This document shows, one piece after another, positions 27,480 through 36,968 of a DNA stretch of 64,000 bases (its first letter is position 1; the number at the start of each line of letters is the position of its first letter). This DNA comes from Candidatus Multivoradales bacterium. GTDB lineage: Bacteria; Acidobacteriota; Thermoanaerobaculia; Multivoradales; Multivoraceae. The position numbers were made by a program, and so were the translations under genes. Location: the NCBI GenBank assembly GCA_965223325.1, contig CBDCWI010000002.1:352001-416000 (forward strand). The letters run 5' to 3'. Under the pieces are notes generated by a model. That model made no database searches, had not been told where the DNA came from, and worked only from the letters and a program-made list of their open reading frames with translations.

Positions 27480-30263
27480 TCAGTTCGAAGATCCCACGGT
27501 CGGGCCTCGTGCCTCGCTGCCCACTTGCTGGGACTGTCCTTCACCGGATTGTCCTTCACCGGACTGTGCCTCTGCCGAGAAGGAGTCGACGGCGTCGATT
27601 CCGATGCGATGGCACGATGTCAGATCTTCGTAGGCCTCGGGGCGGCAGGTTGCCAACACGACCTGGCAGCTCTCCGCCGCCTGTTCGATGACGCCGCACA
27701 GCCGCCTCATGCGCTCGTGATCCGCGTTCACCAGCCGATCGTCGAGTACCACCAGCTGGCGTTCTTCACTCGAGAGGAGGACGGCGATCGCCAGCCGCAG
27801 CAACACCGCGACCTGCTCGTGGGTGCCGTAGCTGAGACTGCTGAGCGGTAGCGCATCGTCATCGCCGTCGCCGGTCACTCCGACCGGCAGCAGCTTGTCG
27901 TCGAGGACCAGCGCCTTGTAGCGCTCTCCGGTCAGTTGGCGCAACCAGGCGTCGACGCGCTCACTGACCGGAGCAGTCACCGCCCGACTGCGCTCACGGC
28001 GCCGGCGTTCGAGCTGGTCGTACAACAGGCGGGCGGCATCGGCACGACGGCTGACGGTGGCGTGGCGATCCCGGTGCGCGGCGAGGCGATGTTCGAGCTC
28101 ATCCAGCCGTCCGAAGACCCCCATCTCGGCCGCCGACTGGATTCGCGCCCGCCGGTCGGTGGCGTCGGTCTCGAGCCGACGCACGAGAGCCTCGGTCGCC
28201 TCGAGCTCCCGCTGGAGCGAAGCCACCCGTCGCCTGGGCCCGGCAATCTCGCGCTCCCAGCGCTCCACGAGTGCCTGGTGGTCGGTCCGAACTCTCGTCA
28301 CCTCAGCCGTCGCCCGCGAAGCCGCCCCGGCGAGGGCTTCGAGCGTTCCCCAGCTCTCCAGGTCCCGACCGTTCTGTTCTTCGAGGGCTTCGAGTTCGCT
28401 TCTCGCGGCTACCATGGTCCCGGTCGCATCGCGCAACGCTTCGCTGCGAGTCAGGCATTCCTGCTGCGCCTGATGCTCGGCATCGCGAGCGCGTTGCAGG
28501 CGAGTGCGCAGGTCTTCGTGCTCGCGTTCGCCGGCGGCGATTTCCTCTGCGGTGTGTTCGCGCGCCCAACCCTCGATCCCCGGTAGGACCGCCTGCGACG
28601 CACTGGCCTGGATCTCCTGCTGCTCGCGCTCTACCGCTTCCAACCGGGCCACCGGATCTTCGTCTCCGAGCCCAGCCAGACGACCGTCGACCCCGCTGAG
28701 GGCCGCCTTCCAGCCGGTCACCTCGGTATGACGCGCAGCCAGTTCGTCGAAGTCACTAGCCTCGAATACGTCGAGAACCTCCTGGCAGTGGTCCCGTTCG
28801 CGTGCGAGCATCGTCCGCCAACGTTCGAGGTCTCCGTGCGAGGGCGTAACCTCGACCCGGCGTCCGCCGCCGAGAACAAACCGCGTTGCCTCGGTCACGA
28901 GGTAGCTACCATCCGCCGAGCGCCTGGTCTCGGGCTCGACGGCGAGCGACTCGCCCGGCAATTGCTCGAACCGGACCCGCACTGCCCCACCCTCGAGTCG
29001 CGCCTCGAGGTTCTCGCGCTCACGGTTCGAAACCACGAAGCGATTCCAAACCCGTTCATCGGGCAGCGGCCGGCTCTCGATCTTGGCCCGCAGCGCGGCC
29101 CGTTGGGCCTCGAGCTCCGTGAGCTTTCGGACAACTCCCTCGAGCCGCTCGCGCTCCCTCTCGAGGCGCTCGAGGCGCAGTCGCGAGCGCAACTCGGCGA
29201 GCTTCGCTTCGAGTCGCTCGAGCTTGGGTTGCAGATCCTTCTCCTGTCGGCGAGCGTGCCCTTCGGCCTCGCGCCGAAACTGCCTGACCTCACCGGAGAG
29301 CTCAGCTTCGCGCAGTCGACTCTCGGCGAGGCGGGCCTCGAGTTGGGCTGCGCGCTCCCGGCGTTGGCGTACCGCGGCCAGGACCGAGTTCGCACGATCG
29401 GCTCGTTCAACCGCCACCTCGAGCGCCCGCTCCTGCTCGACCCGCGTCTGTTCGAGGGTCTTGACCGCCGTCATGCGCTCCTCGAGAGCGGCGATTTTCT
29501 GCTCGAAGCCCACCTGCCGTGTGCCGAGCTTCTCGAGGTGTTCCTCGGTCTCGATCAGCTGGGCGCGCAGCGTCGCTACCCGCTCGGCTTCGCTCGTCAC
29601 ACGCGCGAGCTCCGCTTCGAGCGCTGGAATCTCCTCCGCCACCCGGAAGGCCTCCGAACGACGCGACAGGCGACCGGTCGCCGTCCAGTACTCACGATAG
29701 GCCGCCTGGGCGCCCGTGAGGACACGATCCTCTGCCGCAGTGGTTAGGGCCAGCTCGACGAGACCGGAAAGCCCCTTCTCGAGCGCCTCGCTCCATGCCT
29801 GCTCGGGGATTCCGGCCTCGCGCTGCAGATACCACAGCGCCTGGGACCATCCGCGGTGTTCTGGGCGCGTGGCACCTCGGTGCTCGGTTCCTCCGAGAAG
29901 TGCACGCAGGTGTTCGTCGGCGCCGTCGCCCTCGTGGTCGACGACGAACTCTCCCTTGCGCTCACGCGCCAGCTCCGCCATCGGGTCGTGCAAAAAGCGC
30001 TTGCGCACGCGGTAGCGCCGCCCGTCGTGAGAGAAGGTCACGACGACCTCCGGCCCGAGCGAGCTTCCCAGGGAGCGAATGCTTCGCAGCTGCTTGGCCT
30101 TCGAGGTGTGGCGGTCGAAGAGTGCACGCGCCACCGCTTCGAAGAGGGTGCTCTTGCCCGCCTCGTTGGGACCGACGACCAGATTCAACTGCGGCCCGAA
30201 CTCGAAGGTCCGCGGCGCCCGGTAGCCTCGCCAGTTGCGAACGGTGACCGTCTCGAGAATCAA
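27480..30263 (-). CDS. SMC/Rad50-like ATPase (SbcC/YhaN type)
   Basis: Walker A GPNEAGKST, long coiled coil, signature LSYGT, Walker B-like VVLDD; TTG start overlaps the upstream stop. Confidence 0.88.
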   Translation of the reverse strand: MILETVTVRNWRGYRAPRTFEFGPQLNLVVGPNEAGKSTLFEAVARALFDRHTSKAKQLRSIRSLGSSLGPEVVVTFSHDGRRYRVRKRFLHDPMAELARERKGEFVVDHEGDGADEHLRALLGGTEHRGATRPEHRGWSQALWYLQREAGIPEQAWSEALEKGLSGLVELALTTAAEDRVLTGAQAAYREYWTATGRLSRRSEAFRVAEEIPALEAELARVTSEAERVATLRAQLIETEEHLEKLGTRQVGFEQKIAALEERMTAVKTLEQTRVEQERALEVAVERADRANSVLAAVRQRRERAAQLEARLAESRLREAELSGEVRQFRREAEGHARRQEKDLQPKLERLEAKLAELRSRLRLERLERERERLEGVVRKLTELEAQRAALRAKIESRPLPDERVWNRFVVSNRERENLEARLEGGAVRVRFEQLPGESLAVEPETRRSADGSYLVTEATRFVLGGGRRVEVTPSHGDLERWRTMLARERDHCQEVLDVFEASDFDELAARHTEVTGWKAALSGVDGRLAGLGDEDPVARLEAVEREQQEIQASASQAVLPGIEGWAREHTAEEIAAGEREHEDLRTRLQRARDAEHQAQQECLTRSEALRDATGTMVAARSELEALEEQNGRDLESWGTLEALAGAASRATAEVTRVRTDHQALVERWEREIAGPRRRVASLQRELEATEALVRRLETDATDRRARIQSAAEMGVFGRLDELEHRLAAHRDRHATVSRRADAARLLYDQLERRRRERSRAVTAPVSERVDAWLRQLTGERYKALVLDDKLLPVGVTGDGDDDALPLSSLSYGTHEQVAVLLRLAIAVLLSSEERQLVVLDDRLVNADHERMRRLCGVIEQAAESCQVVLATCRPEAYEDLTSCHRIGIDAVDSFSAEAQSGEGQSGEGQSQQVGSEARGPTVGSSN
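27531..27567. repeat. 15-bp tandem repeat encoding QSGEG at the SbcC-like C-terminus
   Basis: ggactgtccttcacc / ggattgtccttcacc / ggactgt. Confidence 0.8.
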
Positions 30264-31393
30264 GCTGGTGCCTCCGCCAAGCGACGCAGCAGGCGCCGCG
30301 CCTCTTCGACCGTCGCGCGGTCCCCCTCCTCATCCCCTTCGAGGAGGCTCGCGAGCTCACGGTCGACGTCGTCCAGGAGGCCAGCGGGCAGAGGCGTCTC
30401 TGGCAGCGGTTCGCGGAGGCGCCAGTCCAGGTAGAGCGCCACTGCCTCGAGGCGTAGACGCGTCTGCTCGGCTTCTGCCTGCACCTCCCGGTCCTGGCCG
30501 AGACTGCCCGAGACCCGTAGCACGAGCCGATGACCGGCCGTCGCGCGAGCCGAGCCAGCCCGCTCATCATCAGGACCACCAACCGAGCTGAAGCGCCGTA
30601 CCAGTGCGTGAAGCGGAGCGAGATCGGTCGGATCATCGATCCTGGAATCAAAGGCGTGCCATGCGGTACTCGCCACATCGATCGCGTCGACGCGCGGTGC
30701 CGTCGCAGACCCTGGTTCGATGTCAACGACCAGAACGTGGCCAGGGTTCTGTTCCCCGAAGCCCGTCGGTTCAATGGTGCCTGGATAGCCGACGCGGTCG
30801 AGCAGAGTCAGCCCGTGCCAATCTCCCAGCGCGACCCAGTCGAAGCCGCCAGCGAGAAGGCGTTCGAGGTCGATGGGAAACTGACTGCGCACCTGGAGCG
30901 TCGACAGTGCACCGTGCGCTATCGCGACGCGGGCGCGGGTATCACCCGCTGCGCGGGGTGGTAGCCACGCGGTCGGGTCGCGACGACTACGACGCTCGGT
31001 CAGTGGGCAGGCATAGATTGCCAGGTCGCCCTCGAGCTCGATCTCTTCCTGACGATCGAGGATGCGAACCTGATCGGCAACGCGCTTCCAGGCCGAGCGG
31101 TACCAGAGTCCGCCTGGGAGCAGCGGATCGTGGTTGCCGGGCAGGACCAGCACCGGGATCGGTGCCAGGGACTCGAGGAGGTCGATCGCCCGCACCAGGA
31201 TGGATTCGTCGACATCAGGGTGATCGAAGGTGTCACCGGCCAGGACCACGGCGTCGACTTTCCGTTCACGGGCGAGCGCCACGACCCGCTCGGCGCTTCG
31301 AAAGCGCAGCTGCGCGAGATCGTCGGCGACCGCTCCCGCCTGACGCGGCCGGAGGCCGAGTTGCCAGTCCGCTGTATGGAGGATGCGCAGCAT
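30260..31393 (-). CDS. Mre11/SbcD-like metallophosphoesterase nuclease
   Basis: HTADWQLG, AGDTFD, PGNHD, AHG, GDWH, YPGTIEP motifs. Confidence 0.92.
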   Translation of the reverse strand: MLRILHTADWQLGLRPRQAGAVADDLAQLRFRSAERVVALARERKVDAVVLAGDTFDHPDVDESILVRAIDLLESLAPIPVLVLPGNHDPLLPGGLWYRSAWKRVADQVRILDRQEEIELEGDLAIYACPLTERRSRRDPTAWLPPRAAGDTRARVAIAHGALSTLQVRSQFPIDLERLLAGGFDWVALGDWHGLTLLDRVGYPGTIEPTGFGEQNPGHVLVVDIEPGSATAPRVDAIDVASTAWHAFDSRIDDPTDLAPLHALVRRFSSVGGPDDERAGSARATAGHRLVLRVSGSLGQDREVQAEAEQTRLRLEAVALYLDWRLREPLPETPLPAGLLDDVDRELASLLEGDEEGDRATVEEARRLLRRLAEAPA

Positions 31394-31429
31394 GGGGTCG
31401 AGCCTGCTGGCGCGGCTTCCGGGAGGGCA

Positions 31430-31458
31430 AGTCCCTGAGAATCAGTGACTTAGGGACT
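31430..31458. promoter_or_regulatory. Inverted repeat upstream of the DNA-repair operon
   Basis: AGTCCCTGAG-N9-CTTAGGGACT (one mismatch); contains AATCAGTGACTTA, one mismatch from the IHF consensus WATCAANNNNTTR. Confidence 0.45.
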
Positions 31459-31716
31459 CCTACGCCAGTCAACCGCGGCCGATCGTGAGCCTTCCCCGGG
31501 ATGGTAACGCCTTCGGCGGTTGGCCGTTGGCGGATCCGTCAAGGGGTTGGCGGTGCGAAATGGGGCTCGCGGTCTCTCGACGCGCCTCGAAGCGTCGTTA
31601 ATATCTAGTATTTCGAGTTTAAATAGTGTTTTTGATAGACTTCAACACTGGGTTTCTCGCCCCCGACTCCCCGATCTCCTGGGTTCTTGCACCTTCGGCT
31701 CTGAAGCCACCTCTCC

Positions 31717-32493
31717 ATGGCAGCCCCGCAACTCAAATACGAATCGCAACTCGAGAGCGACGCCCTGCCAGGACTCCTCTCGAAGATCCACGACCACCGG
31801 GTTCCCGGAGTGGTCGAGGTCCGCGCCGGCGACACCGAGAAGCAGCTCTACGTTCGCGATGGCAACGTCATCTTCGCCACCTCGAACAACCCCGAAGATC
31901 GGCTCGGCGTCTATCTGCTGCGCGAGGGCTTGATGGATCGTGAGGGCTTCGAGCTCATCGCCAGGCAGCGCTCGGAGTCCACCGAGCGCGCTGGAGTCCT
32001 GATGATCAAGGCCGGGCTGCTCTCTCCGCGCCAGCTGCGCGAAGCCGTTCGAAAGCAGGTCGAGCGCATTGCCTGGAGCTTCTTCGAGTACGAAGCGGGC
32101 ACGGTCTGCTTTCGTATCCACGAACACCGACAGAGCAATCAGGTCACCATTCAGCTGCCGCTCCGGCAAATGATCTACGAGGGCATCCGCGACCGGGTCA
32201 GCACCACCGCTGCTCTCAACCGCCTTGGCCGGCTCGATATCGCGTACAAACAGAGCTGGAACGGCGAAGACCTCATCGACATCGGTTTGACTGGCGAGGA
32301 ATTCGCGCTCCTCCAGGCCCTCGACGGCAAGAGAACCCTGCGCGAGATCGTCGGTCTCGACAATGAAAAGACCGATCTCCAGATTCGTCTGGTCTACGCC
32401 TTCTACGTGCTCAAACTGGCGCGCCCGGTGGATCCGAGCGATCGCACGCAAGTCACTATCCGACTGCAGACGACGGGTGACAAGTTCGACTGA
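31717..32493 (+). CDS. DUF4388 (PatA-N) domain protein
   Basis: LPGLL...GVVEV...KQLYVRDGNVIFATSN..EDRLG.YL pattern, then LDGKRTLREI. Confidence 0.8.
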   Translation: MAAPQLKYESQLESDALPGLLSKIHDHRVPGVVEVRAGDTEKQLYVRDGNVIFATSNNPEDRLGVYLLREGLMDREGFELIARQRSESTERAGVLMIKAGLLSPRQLREAVRKQVERIAWSFFEYEAGTVCFRIHEHRQSNQVTIQLPLRQMIYEGIRDRVSTTAALNRLGRLDIAYKQSWNGEDLIDIGLTGEEFALLQALDGKRTLREIVGLDNEKTDLQIRLVYAFYVLKLARPVDPSDRTQVTIRLQTTGDKFD

Positions 32494-34393
32494 ACCTTCG
32501 CCCGGCTCGAGCTTCTGACAGCGCGCGATGCTGGTAGAGCTGGCCGTCTTCGAAACCCAGCTTGCGGTAGTACCCGCGGGTCCCCACCGCCGAGATGACG
32601 GCGAGGTTCTTGTAGCCGGCCTGCCGCGCCACTTCCTCGGCGCGAGCCATCAGCCGACGCCCGAGTCCCGAGTGCTGAGCGCGTCCTCGACTCCGCGCAC
32701 CGACCTCGACCAGGTTGCCGTAGACGTGCACCTCACGCACCATCGCGGTGCGGCCGCGCTCTCTCAACTCGTCGACGAAGACCGGTTCGTCTGGCAGTGA
32801 CAGGCGTAGGAAACCCGCCAGGCGATCCTCCTGATCGACCGCTTCGAGGAAGATCTCCTCCGACTTCCCGTTGCCACAGCCGGCGGCGAAGCTCGTCTGT
32901 TTCATCTCGAGGTCATCGGGAGAGACGGTCAACCCCCGAATCTCACGTGCCCTGATCTCCCTGAGCTCTAAACCACGACGACGCGCCTCGTCCTCGGCAA
33001 CCTGGCGGAGGTTGGTGAGCTTGTTACCGACCGCGATCTCTTGCGAGGGGATGTCACGGATTATGCGGGTCAGGCGGCAGTAGCGAGGCGTCGCCTCGAG
33101 GCACCGAGCCAAGACGTCGACCAGCTCGTCGTGTTCCCACGGTCGCCACTCGCCGCGCTCCCAATACTGCATCAACTCCGCACTCGGCACCAGCGAGCAC
33201 GGATAGATCTTGAGCTCGTCGGGACGAAAGGCGGGGTCGTCGAAGAGGCGGTGATAGTCCAGGACGTCCGCCTCTGGGCTCGAACCATGGAGGTTCGGCA
33301 TCCAGTGGGCGTGAACCTTGAATCCCGCCGCTCGCAGCATCGAGAGTGCGCGCCGCGAAGCCGCGACGTCGTGTCCTCGATGGTTGAGCTCGAGAACCCG
33401 GTCGTCGAGGCTCTGCAGCCCGATCTGGACTTTGGTCGCGCCCAGGCGGCGCAAGCGCAACACTTCGGCTTCGTCGATGTGATCGGGCCGGGTTTCGAGC
33501 ACCAGGCCTACCGAGCGCACCGGCGCGGCTTCATTCTCACGATGCAGCGCTTCGAGTTCTTCCCAGGTCGCCGTCTGGCCGGCGAGTTCAGACGCCACCT
33601 CCGGGTTGGAGCGGGTAAAACCGGCGAGCAGACCGTTGTAGCCCTGGCGGCCAGCCGTGTCCTCACCGGCACTCCGCCAGTCGATCGCGGAGGTCTCGCC
33701 CTTCTCCTCGATCGGGTCGTGCACCACCGTGCGGCGGCTCGGACTCCCGTCGAAATCGCCGGCGGTCATGCACTCGCCAAAGTCGTGCATCGCCTCGAAA
33801 CAGCGCGCCAGAAACCAGATGCGATATGGCTCAGGGTAGAAGGACCAGGTACCGCCGAGCACGATCAACTCCACCTTGTCGACGGAGTGCCCAATCTCAT
33901 ACAGAGTTCGCAGCCGCGACCACGTCTGGCCGTAGGGGTCAAAGGCGTGTTCTGCCGCGCGCTGAGCGCCCGGCTCGCTCGAGATGTAGCTCTTGGGCAT
34001 CCGCACATCGTTGGGACAGAAGATGCAACGCCCCGGGCAGGCGTAGGGTTTCGTCAAAACGGTCACCGGCGTCACGCCGCTCTGGGTGCGCATCGGTTTG
34101 CGCCGAATCCTCGCCATCAACGCGCGGGAATCCCAGCCGGCTGACTCGGCCTCTCCATTGCGCTCGAACCAGCGCAACGTGGCAACCAACTCGGCCTTCG
34201 AGTAGAAGCCCCCCTCTGGTCTGGCGTGCTGGCGCAGAATGCTCGCCATCTCGCGGTCTGAGAGGTGCTCGGGAGATTCCGCGACCGCACGCAGAATCGG
34301 CTCGATGCGCTCCCGGTCGGCCGCGGTCGGCGTCCTTCGTACGCTGTCGCGACCCTGCTTCAGGGCGCGCCCCCAAGAGCGCGACCACCGCAA
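32456..34393 (-). CDS. elp3: Elp3 tRNA uridine(34) 5-carboxymethylation radical SAM/GNAT enzyme
   Basis: RTQSGVTPVTVLTKPYACPGRCIFCP, MPKSY, KVELIVLGGTW, ETRPD, DELKIYP, RIIRDIP, REVHVYG, QHSGLG, VISAVGTRGYYRKLG. True start uncertain. Confidence 0.92.
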   Translation of the reverse strand: MRWSRSWGRALKQGRDSVRRTPTAADRERIEPILRAVAESPEHLSDREMASILRQHARPEGGFYSKAELVATLRWFERNGEAESAGWDSRALMARIRRKPMRTQSGVTPVTVLTKPYACPGRCIFCPNDVRMPKSYISSEPGAQRAAEHAFDPYGQTWSRLRTLYEIGHSVDKVELIVLGGTWSFYPEPYRIWFLARCFEAMHDFGECMTAGDFDGSPSRRTVVHDPIEEKGETSAIDWRSAGEDTAGRQGYNGLLAGFTRSNPEVASELAGQTATWEELEALHRENEAAPVRSVGLVLETRPDHIDEAEVLRLRRLGATKVQIGLQSLDDRVLELNHRGHDVAASRRALSMLRAAGFKVHAHWMPNLHGSSPEADVLDYHRLFDDPAFRPDELKIYPCSLVPSAELMQYWERGEWRPWEHDELVDVLARCLEATPRYCRLTRIIRDIPSQEIAVGNKLTNLRQVAEDEARRRGLELREIRAREIRGLTVSPDDLEMKQTSFAAGCGNGKSEEIFLEAVDQEDRLAGFLRLSLPDEPVFVDELRERGRTAMVREVHVYGNLVEVGARSRGRAQHSGLGRRLMARAEEVARQAGYKNLAVISAVGTRGYYRKLGFEDGQLYQHRALSEARAGRRFSRTCHPSSAVG

Positions 34394-35310
34394 AGAGATG
34401 CGAAGTCGGTTGTCGCGTCGCCAACCCAGCGTCGATCGAGATAGCGCTCGAGGTAGAGCTTCTTGTCTTGCTGTGGGAGTCGAAGGCGGGTCGCCTCAAA
34501 GCCCGGCGGTGGTGCCTCGAACACCTCCTCGCCTGACGCGGTCGCCGCCGCATCCGCTCCGTCAATGGCCGGAGCTGGCCGCCGCGGCAGGGCGTAGCCG
34601 CGGAACTCCCCGTCACCGAGTGCCACCTCCCAGAGGCTGAACAACCCACGTGCGGGATCCCGTTGGGCACACAGGCCTTCCATCGGGCGGCCGCGCGCCC
34701 GCCGGCGCTCGAAGGCACGCTTGATCTGATGGTGAAGCGAAAGGACGTGCGACCCGAACTCAGTGGTCACACTCAGGTACCAAACCACCCGACTTTCCTC
34801 ACTTGCCTCTGGGAAGAGCTCCCGCGCCCGCTCGGCAGCGACCTCTTGCCAACTCGATGGGACAGGTCCGTCGCTGGCGGCGAGCAAGAGCGCGTGGGTC
34901 AGATACTCGTAGGCATCGACCGCGAGAGTCGAAGGCGCGCGCAAAGTCCGCCCGTTTGAGCCTGTCGCGCTCTCGGCGGGCTGCCAATAGACATCAGAGC
35001 GCAGAAACAGGCGCCGCGGCACTGACTCCTCGCCGAGGGTCACCGCTGGCTGATAGAACGCCATCGCCAGGCCAGGACTGTCGTGCGCCAGGATCAAGAG
35101 ACCTGCCGCGGCGCCGGTTACCACCGCCGGAAGCTCTTCGGCTTCGAGCAGGCGAGCGAGCTTCCAACCAGGAAGAGGCGCTCCAAGGTTCGATTCCTGG
35201 ACGGTGGAACGTGCCACGCGAGGGCCAACCAGATTCAACAGGACAGCCGCCAACACCGCCAGCGAGATTGGGCGCCAGACGCCAGGCGCCGCTCGAGGTC
35301 GATGAGGCAT
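34360..35310 (-). CDS. Hypothetical exported protein
   Basis: 316-aa ORF filling the gap before elp3, N-terminal hydrophobic segment; no family recognised. Confidence 0.6.
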   Translation of the reverse strand: MPHRPRAAPGVWRPISLAVLAAVLLNLVGPRVARSTVQESNLGAPLPGWKLARLLEAEELPAVVTGAAAGLLILAHDSPGLAMAFYQPAVTLGEESVPRRLFLRSDVYWQPAESATGSNGRTLRAPSTLAVDAYEYLTHALLLAASDGPVPSSWQEVAAERARELFPEASEESRVVWYLSVTTEFGSHVLSLHHQIKRAFERRRARGRPMEGLCAQRDPARGLFSLWEVALGDGEFRGYALPRRPAPAIDGADAAATASGEEVFEAPPPGFEATRLRLPQQDKKLYLERYLDRRWVGDATTDFASLCGGRALGGAP

Positions 35311-35412
35311 GATAGGGAACTATAGCCGCGGGGCTGCGACCCAGGGAGGCCGCAACAGTGCATCGCTCGCTTCTCGAGGCGAGCGTGGCCCGAAGCCATC
35401 GAACGCACAGAG

Positions 35413-36201
35413 ATGACAGCGATGACCAAGTTTTCTGAAGCTCGCGTCGCCCTCGTTACCGGGGCCGGCAGCGGAATCGGCCGCGGCATCAGCCGGGCGC
35501 TCGCCACGTCGGGATACAGCCTGGTCCTCACCGGAAGAAGGAGAAAACCCCTCGAAGAGCTGGCCGCGGATCTTGCCGTTCCAACCCTCGTCGCTCCAGG
35601 TGACGTGTCGAGCCCGGCCCACGCCGCAGGTATGGTTGGCGCCAGTCGAGAGCGTTTCGGCCGGCTCGATCTGTTGGTGAACAACGCCGGTATTGCCCGT
35701 GGCGGACCGCTAGAGTCACTCTCCGACGACGAGGTCGAGGCGCTGCTGTCGATTGATCTGGCCGGGCCCATCCATATGTTGCGCGCGGCACTCCAGCTGC
35801 TCACCGAAACTGCGCACGAGGCCGGTGAGAGTTCGGTGGTCAACATTTCGTCTTCGGTGGCCCTGGCTCCGATCAAGAACTTCTCGGTCTACATCGCCGC
35901 CAAGGCGGGCCTCGACGGCTTCACGCGGGCGATGGCGCTCGAGCTTGCCGAGCGCCGCATTCGTGTCAACGCCGTTTCGCCTGGCATCGTAGAGACTCCG
36001 ATCTTCGAGACCATGATGCCAACCGAAGCGATCAAGGACTTCCTCGCTGCTTTCGATACCGCCGTGCCGCTCGGCCGTGTCGGTCGACCAGACGACATCG
36101 CGGCGACCGTCAGCTTTCTGGCCTCGCCACGAGCGTCCTATCTGACCGGTGCGATTCTGCCAGTCGACGGAGGCCTCAGCCTGGCTGCCGACGGCAAGTG
36201 A
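35413..36201 (+). CDS. Short-chain dehydrogenase/reductase
   Basis: TGAGSGIG, NNAG, YIAAK, VNAVSPG, VDGG. Confidence 0.93.
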   Translation: MTAMTKFSEARVALVTGAGSGIGRGISRALATSGYSLVLTGRRRKPLEELAADLAVPTLVAPGDVSSPAHAAGMVGASRERFGRLDLLVNNAGIARGGPLESLSDDEVEALLSIDLAGPIHMLRAALQLLTETAHEAGESSVVNISSSVALAPIKNFSVYIAAKAGLDGFTRAMALELAERRIRVNAVSPGIVETPIFETMMPTEAIKDFLAAFDTAVPLGRVGRPDDIAATVSFLASPRASYLTGAILPVDGGLSLAADGK

Positions 36202-36968
36202 CGGACAGAAACCAAACCGCGGGCGACGCGGCGAAACGAGCCGACGAGCTCAACCGCGATTTCTACGAGACCTGTGCCGCCGACTTCAGTCGCACGCGGC
36301 GCACACCGTGGCCGGGCTGGAAGACGCTGCTCGCACGCCCGGCCATTCAACACGCACTCAACCAGGCCAGGGCCAATGCGCGCCCTCTCCGCGTACTCGA
36401 TGCAGGCTGCGGCAACGGTCGGTTCGCTTCGCTCTTGGCGGGCGAACTCACCGAGTGTGAACTTCCGCTCTCCTACCTCGGCCTCGACCGCTCGCGCGCT
36501 CTGATCGCCGAGGCGCAGAAGGGCGTTCACTTGGCACCGCCTCACCAGGGGCGCTTCGTGGTTGCCGATCTCGAGACTTCGCTCTCGGTCGCCGGGCATG
36601 ACTACGACCTGGTCTCATGCTTCGGCGTCTTTCACCACATTCCAACCCAGGAACGGCGCGTAGTTCTCTTGGCGTCTCTCGCCGGTACCGTCGGCTCACA
36701 TGGTGTGCTGGCGGTCTCCTACTGGCGTTTTCAAACCCTCGAACGGGTCGCGCGCCGGGCGATCGCCAGCGACCTGGAGCCGGGCGCGGTTCTCCTGCCC
36801 TGGGGTGGAGACCCGGCGCACCTGCGCTTCTGTCAGCAGATGTCCGAGGAACAACGCCGAGAGGTCGAGGAGGAGGCTCTGGTTGACGGCGTCGACAGCT
36901 TCACCGCCGACGGCGCCAATGGCGAGGCCAACCTCTACCGCCTCTACCGCGGCCGAACGAAGGGTTAG
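36198..36968 (+). CDS. Class I SAM methyltransferase, Trm9/ALKBH8-like
   Basis: FYETCAADFSRTRRTPWP, LDAGCGNGRF, FGVFHHIPTQERR, VSYW; GTGA overlap with the SDR gene. Confidence 0.8.
   Translation: MTDRNQTAGDAAKRADELNRDFYETCAADFSRTRRTPWPGWKTLLARPAIQHALNQARANARPLRVLDAGCGNGRFASLLAGELTECELPLSYLGLDRSRALIAEAQKGVHLAPPHQGRFVVADLETSLSVAGHDYDLVSCFGVFHHIPTQERRVVLLASLAGTVGSHGVLAVSYWRFQTLERVARRAIASDLEPGAVLLPWGGDPAHLRFCQQMSEEQRREVEEEALVDGVDSFTADGANGEANLYRLYRGRTKG

Noticed and set aside
27480-31393. SMC-like ATPase plus nuclease as a Wadjet/MksBEF system
   Set aside because: No kleisin, KITE or JetD genes; the partner is an Mre11-type phosphoesterase.
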